DNA of 64,000 nucleotides from Candidatus Eiseniibacteriota bacterium (GTDB lineage Bacteria; Eisenbacteria; RBG-16-71-46; JABDJR01): NCBI GenBank assembly GCA_963783375.1, contig CAWANH010000029.1, positions 576,001 to 640,000 of the forward strand, read 5' to 3'. Shown piece by piece: positions 62,523 to 64,000 of this stretch (position 1 is its first letter; each line of letters starts with the position of its first letter). The notes under the pieces were generated by a model. It saw only the letters and a program-made list of their open reading frames with translations, ran no database searches and was not told where the DNA came from. The position numbers and the translations under genes were made by a program.

Positions 62523-63758
62523 ATGGTGAGCGATCGCGCCATGAAGACGGCGCCCTACCTGGCCAAAGACCCCGAGGGACACCAGGCGGTGAACGTGCTG
62601 GTGAAGCTCGCCTACGTCCTCGAACCCGGGGGCGGGCTGGTCCCGGCCCCGGACCCGGTGGACTTCGCCGCCGAGGACGTCCTCGAGGCCAAGGGGGACG
62701 AGCCGGGGACGTTCCCCACCGAGGAGTGCGAGATCATTCCGTTCAAGCTCCGGACCGACGTGGTGGTGACGGGAACCATCCGCACCCCTGATGCCTACCC
62801 CCGGCGCGACATGCTGGCCGGGGTCCGGATCGGCCCCTACGGGAAGGCCATCCAGGTGTTCGGTGACCGCCGGATCGAGGCCGGGAAGGACGGCGCCCTC
62901 ATCTTCACCCCCCCCGAGCCCTTCACCGAGATGCCCCTCGCCTACACCCGGGCCTACGGCGGCGTGGATCCCTCGGTCCCCCGGGTCAACGACGACCCCC
63001 GCACCGCCGAGGAGTGGCTGGAGTACCTGACCCTGGAGCGCCATCCCGGGGTGTACCCGCGAAACCCGGTGGGCTCGGCCTACGTGGTGAACCCCCACCC
63101 GTGGCTCCTCTTCGGCCGCCCCCTCCCCAACTTCGAGGACCCCGACGACCTGCTCACCCCGGAGCGGATCGTGGTCACCGACCCCCGGCTCTGGTGGCGG
63201 CAGCCGATCCCCGCCGGGCTGGGATGGTTCGGGCGAAGCTGGTATCCCCGTTCGGTCCTGGGGGGGCTCGCGCCGCCGCTTCCCGCCGCGGAACCGGCGA
63301 AGCTCCGGGAGGTGGAGCTGGGCATCGTGCCCGCGGACCACGCCGACCGGATCGCCGACCCGGACCTCGACCGGCGGATGCGGCGGGAGTTCTTCAACGG
63401 GGCGTCGCCCGGCCTGGCCGTACCGCTCCTGCGCGGGGACGAGCCGGTGTCCCTGGTGGGACTCGACGTGGCCGGCGAACGGCGGTTCCGCCTCCCCGGA
63501 GAGGTTCCGAGGGTGAGCATGGCCTTCCGGGGCGAGGCCATGGAGGTGCGAGTCCACCTCCACACCGTCTGGATCCGGAAGGACGAGGATCTGGTGACCC
63601 TGGTCTGGAGCGCCCTCGCCCGCCCCCCCCGGATGCTACCGGTCACCCTCCCCACCCGGGAAGCCCCCGAGGTGGACGAGCTGGAGGGCATGGAGATCCG
63701 GGTGGAGGGACGCGAGGTTCCCCACGAGCCGGTGAACCTCGGCAAATCGCCGCTCTGA
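62523..63758 (+). CDS. DUF2169 T6SS accessory/chaperone protein 2
   Basis: Motifs [68 protein letters not shown] and LHTVWI..LVW. Confidence 0.85.
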   Translation: MVSDRAMKTAPYLAKDPEGHQAVNVLVKLAYVLEPGGGLVPAPDPVDFAAEDVLEAKGDEPGTFPTEECEIIPFKLRTDVVVTGTIRTPDAYPRRDMLAGVRIGPYGKAIQVFGDRRIEAGKDGALIFTPPEPFTEMPLAYTRAYGGVDPSVPRVNDDPRTAEEWLEYLTLERHPGVYPRNPVGSAYVVNPHPWLLFGRPLPNFEDPDDLLTPERIVVTDPRLWWRQPIPAGLGWFGRSWYPRSVLGGLAPPLPAAEPAKLREVELGIVPADHADRIADPDLDRRMRREFFNGASPGLAVPLLRGDEPVSLVGLDVAGERRFRLPGEVPRVSMAFRGEAMEVRVHLHTVWIRKDEDLVTLVWSALARPPRMLPVTLPTREAPEVDELEGMEIRVEGREVPHEPVNLGKSPL

Positions 63759-63761
63759 CCG

Positions 63762-63785
63762 CGCCGGGGCCTGGGATCCCCGGCG
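63762..63785. terminator. GC hairpin between convergent genes
   Basis: CGCCGGGG-N8-CCCCGGCG; no U-tract. Confidence 0.35.
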
Positions 63786-63788
63786 GCT

Positions 63789-64000
63789 TCAGTTCGCCTT
63801 GACCGGGGTGCCGCTCAGGGTGAGGGGGCCGGTGGCGGTCACCGTGGTCGGCTTCCCGGCCACGCTGCAGGGACCGGTGGCGCTCACCTGGACCGTGGCT
63901 CCCCCCACCTTGCACAGGGCGTCGGCGGCGACCTCCACCGACGCCCCGCCCAGCTTGGCCTCGCCGGTGGCCTGGACGGTGATCTTGGGCGCCTTGATCT
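63789..64000 (-). CDS. C-terminus of a VgrG/gp5-like spike protein (partial, starts beyond the window)
   Basis: Translated by hand: IKAPKITVQATGEAKLGGASVEVAADALCKVGGATVQVSATGPCSVAGKPTTVTATGPLTLSGTPVKAN*, a periodic beta-repeat ending in N, typical of spike termini. Confidence 0.65.
   Translation of the reverse strand, partial: IKAPKITVQATGEAKLGGASVEVAADALCKVGGATVQVSATGPCSVAGKPTTVTATGPLTLSGTPVKAN

Noticed and set aside
48948-63745. Long minus-strand and alternate-frame ORFs over the plus-strand operon
   Set aside because: Shadow or Arg/Gly/Pro-rich off-frame translations; only the frameshift-continuation segments were used.
49026-64000. Prophage or recently acquired island
   Set aside because: No integrase, capsid, terminase or att-like repeats; composition and codon style look like the flanking core genes by eye.

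Overview
High-GC chromosomal window from a diderm (LPS-containing) bacterium. The LpxC-FabZ fusion, mcsA-mcsB-clpC next to bamA, and the split PurS/PurQ/PurL system suggest an FCB-superphylum lineage (inference only). Positions 1-48.8 kb are almost all minus-strand housekeeping genes: lon, hsp20, nadB, the lipid A/Kdo/BAM/Lol envelope cluster, clpC-mcsBA, lysS, pur genes, htrA, truA, lnt, argS, rsfS, a prenyl synthase, an M23 peptidase, a CCA enzyme and a PP2C. Two regions stand out. (1) At 38.3-40.8 kb is a self-contained module with its own sigma70-like promoter: an uncharacterised soluble protein, an unannotated 20-aa Trp-containing peptide with a strong RBS, and a multi-TM HD-GYP phosphodiesterase. 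This is a candidate peptide-to-cyclic-dinucleotide signalling system. (2) At 49.0-63.8 kb is a tightly coupled plus-strand operon. It runs from CsgG-like, TPR/peptidoglycan-binding, beta-barrel and Ig-repeat envelope proteins directly into atypical T6SS-like tail genes: two TssB-TssC fusion sheaths, an HExxH protease, a spike-like protein, two DUF2169 proteins and a PAAR-like protein. A VgrG/gp5-like C-terminus converges from the right edge. Several single-base frameshifts, often in homopolymers, are probably sequencing errors. No rRNA, tRNA, CRISPR or mobile element was seen. All family calls come from motif recognition by eye, with no database searches.
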